This document shows, in pieces, positions 50,757-52,833 of a stretch of DNA of 52,833 nt. The stretch covers positions 1 through 52,833 of the forward strand of contig JAHKLY010000005.1 in assembly GCA_020854825.1 (NCBI GenBank), read 5' to 3'. A model generated the notes under the pieces. It did no database searches. It saw nothing but the letters and a program-made list of their open reading frames with translations, and was not told where the DNA came from. Source of the DNA: Candidatus Micrarchaeota archaeon (GTDB lineage Archaea; Micrarchaeota; Micrarchaeia; Anstonellales; JAHKLY01). Position 1 is the stretch's first letter, and every line of letters begins with the position of its first letter. A program made the position numbers and the translations under genes.

Positions 50757-51308
50757 ATGAGTAAAAAAAAGATGCTTTTAGATATATGCTGTGCCCCATG
50801 TGCATCAGGCATTATTGAAGAGTTAAAACAAGAATTTGATTTAACTTTATACTTCCATAATGCAAACATATATCCTAAAAAAGAATGGGATAAAAGATTT
50901 GAAAGTGCAGAAAAATTAGCTAAACATTATGATGTTCCATTATTAACAGATATAAAAAGTTATAATAAAAGTCATGCACAATGGAAGGGTTTTGTTTTTG
51001 GATTTGAAGATGAAAAAGAAGGCGGAAAAAGATGTGAAAAATGTTTTGAATATAGATTAGAAAAAGTTTCACATAATGCTAAAAATAAACGTTTTGATAT
51101 TTTTGCTACTACTTTAACAATAAGTCCACATAAAAACGCAGAATTAATAAATAAAATTGGAAAACAAAAAGCAAAAGAAAAGGGAATTGAATTTTATGAA
51201 GCTGATTTTAAGAAAAAAAATGGATTTAAGAAAAGTGTTGATAAATCAAAAGAATTAAATTTATACAGACAAACTTATTGTGGATGCGAATACTCAATAA
51301 ACAAATAG
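50757..51308 (+). CDS. queH: Epoxyqueuosine reductase QueH (DUF208)
   Basis: CCAPC, NIYP..E, EGGKRCEKCF, TTLTISPHK, LYRQTYCGC. Confidence 0.92.
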   Translation: MSKKKMLLDICCAPCASGIIEELKQEFDLTLYFHNANIYPKKEWDKRFESAEKLAKHYDVPLLTDIKSYNKSHAQWKGFVFGFEDEKEGGKRCEKCFEYRLEKVSHNAKNKRFDIFATTLTISPHKNAELINKIGKQKAKEKGIEFYEADFKKKNGFKKSVDKSKELNLYRQTYCGCEYSINK

Positions 51309-51353
51309 TATACTATTCTTAATTTCTAAAAATAAAAATATAAAATAAAAAAA

Positions 51354-52833
51354 TTAAGGTTTGAATACCTTATTCGATGTTGACTTTTCTGGAGAAGTAT
51401 TGGGCTTTATACTTCTATCATTTTCTTTTGGTGTTTTTATTTTTTCAATTCCATCTTTTGTTATTATAAATACTTCCTCAGTTGTATTTAACTCTGGTAA
51501 TGGCCTAGATTTACCAAAACAACTAAATACACATAATCCAAGAGGATCAGAAGTACCACATGTTAACCCAGTAAATGTATTTGTTCCTGTATAGTATGTA
51601 AAAGACTCTTGAACATCAAAATAAGTTATTCCATTATTACAGAATCTTGAATTTTCAAATACATTGTTATCTACTTGTCCAGTGGTATCAAATATAGATA
51701 TACCATATTTATTATTTTCATCTGCAATGTTGCTCCTAAATTCACTGTCTCTTGTTGAAGTAACTCCAATTCCAGTACCTCTATTGTTTGTTGCAGTATT
51801 GTTTTCAACAATATTATATCTACTTGCTTGTACTAAAATTCCAAATACTCCACAATCTTCAACAGTGTTATTTCCAATAATATTATTATTTCCAACACTT
51901 AAAATTCCTCTTTGTGTTGCATTATTTACATAATTATCTCTTATTTCATTATTATTTTGCCATCCAATTACTATTCCATCCCAAACAGTTTGTATTTCAT
52001 TTCCAATTAAATAATTAGTATTTGCATTATAAAGAATTTCAATACCTTTTCCTCCATTACTTATCTCTCCTGATATTCCTGTAATTATATTACTATTAAT
52101 AATATTATCTGATGACTCAGACATATAACTTCCTTGTACTAATATTGCAGTTCTAGCCCCATTAATTTCATTTTCAGATATAAAATTACCTTGTGAACTA
52201 TATATGGAAATTCCTTGGTGTATATTTTCAATTAAATTACTATGAATTAAACAATCTCCTGAATTATCAAGTAACATGCCTGTAGTATAATCACTAATCT
52301 CACAATTCCTTATCTCCACTCCTTCTTTATTTACAATCGAGATAGCATAATACTTTGAGGTAGATACCCCTTTGCCTGCACCAATTAATGTTGAGCCCGC
52401 ACAATCTAAAATGATATTTGAATTATTTATAGATATTGCAATTTTATCATATCCTATATTATTTCCTTCAATCTCATATATCTTAGGTTCTAAAATTACA
52501 TTGTCATTAATGTAATATACTCCACTTAATTCAGTAACTAAATCCCCAAATGTTAATGGATCATCTAAGTCAACTATACTCAAACATCTTGCATCATTTT
52601 CATAAATTGTATACTCCCCACAAGTATTTTCTTCACATGTACATTCATACAAACATCCATTAGGTATATCTGAGTATTCATAATAATCTGGTCCTACACA
52701 ACCACTTAATGCAGAACATTCTGTATCTGTACAGTGTTCATCTAGTCCACATTCTGCACCGCAAACACCTTGTACACAATATTCATTAATTGAAGGTGCT
52801 GAACAATCAGTTTCACAATCTGTACATGAACAA
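51354..52833 (-). CDS. Cys-rich plus NosD-type beta-helix surface protein, partial (start lies beyond the window)
   Basis: Parallel beta-helix repeats (GI.I..S..N.I..N); the frame stays open and Cys-rich to the window end. Confidence 0.8.
   Translation of the reverse strand, partial: CSCTDCETDCSAPSINEYCVQGVCGAECGLDEHCTDTECSALSGCVGPDYYEYSDIPNGCLYECTCEENTCGEYTIYENDARCLSIVDLDDPLTFGDLVTELSGVYYINDNVILEPKIYEIEGNNIGYDKIAISINNSNIILDCAGSTLIGAGKGVSTSKYYAISIVNKEGVEIRNCEISDYTTGMLLDNSGDCLIHSNLIENIHQGISIYSSQGNFISENEINGARTAILVQGSYMSESSDNIINSNIITGISGEISNGGKGIEILYNANTNYLIGNEIQTVWDGIVIGWQNNNEIRDNYVNNATQRGILSVGNNNIIGNNTVEDCGVFGILVQASRYNIVENNTATNNRGTGIGVTSTRDSEFRSNIADENNKYGISIFDTTGQVDNNVFENSRFCNNGITYFDVQESFTYYTGTNTFTGLTCGTSDPLGLCVFSCFGKSRPLPELNTTEEVFIITKDGIEKIKTPKENDRSIKPNTSPEKSTSNKVFKP

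Overview
AT-rich archaeal chromosomal window, probably DPANN (Micrarchaeota-like; this is inferred from the unlinked 23S rRNA gene, many non-canonical tRNA introns and compact housekeeping clusters). Housekeeping genes: EF-1alpha, Rps10, Rpl15e, RNase P proteins, Topo VI A/B, GluRS, CarS, intein-containing RtcB, Nre and RNase HI. Also present: a bacterial-type queuosine set (queA, tgt, queH), large Cys-rich/beta-helix surface proteins, a frameshifted secreted RHS protein, a 3D-domain protein, a VapBC pair and a thpR pseudogene. All five tRNA genes are interrupted (7 introns, 6 at non-canonical sites), and the 23S rRNA has two short BHB introns and unusual peptidyl-transferase-centre bases. The most striking unexplained signal is a set of 46-55-nt hairpin cassettes stacked at the 5' and 3' ends of four tRNA genes. 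Each unit follows the pattern [tRNA end]-hairpin-[imperfect inverted tRNA end]-linker or hairpin-[tRNA end]. The hairpins are shared between different tRNAs, while the end sequences match the local tRNA. In addition, one TTTC/GAAA hairpin element occurs as an intron at four different tRNA positions and as free copies, including one at the rps10 stop codon.
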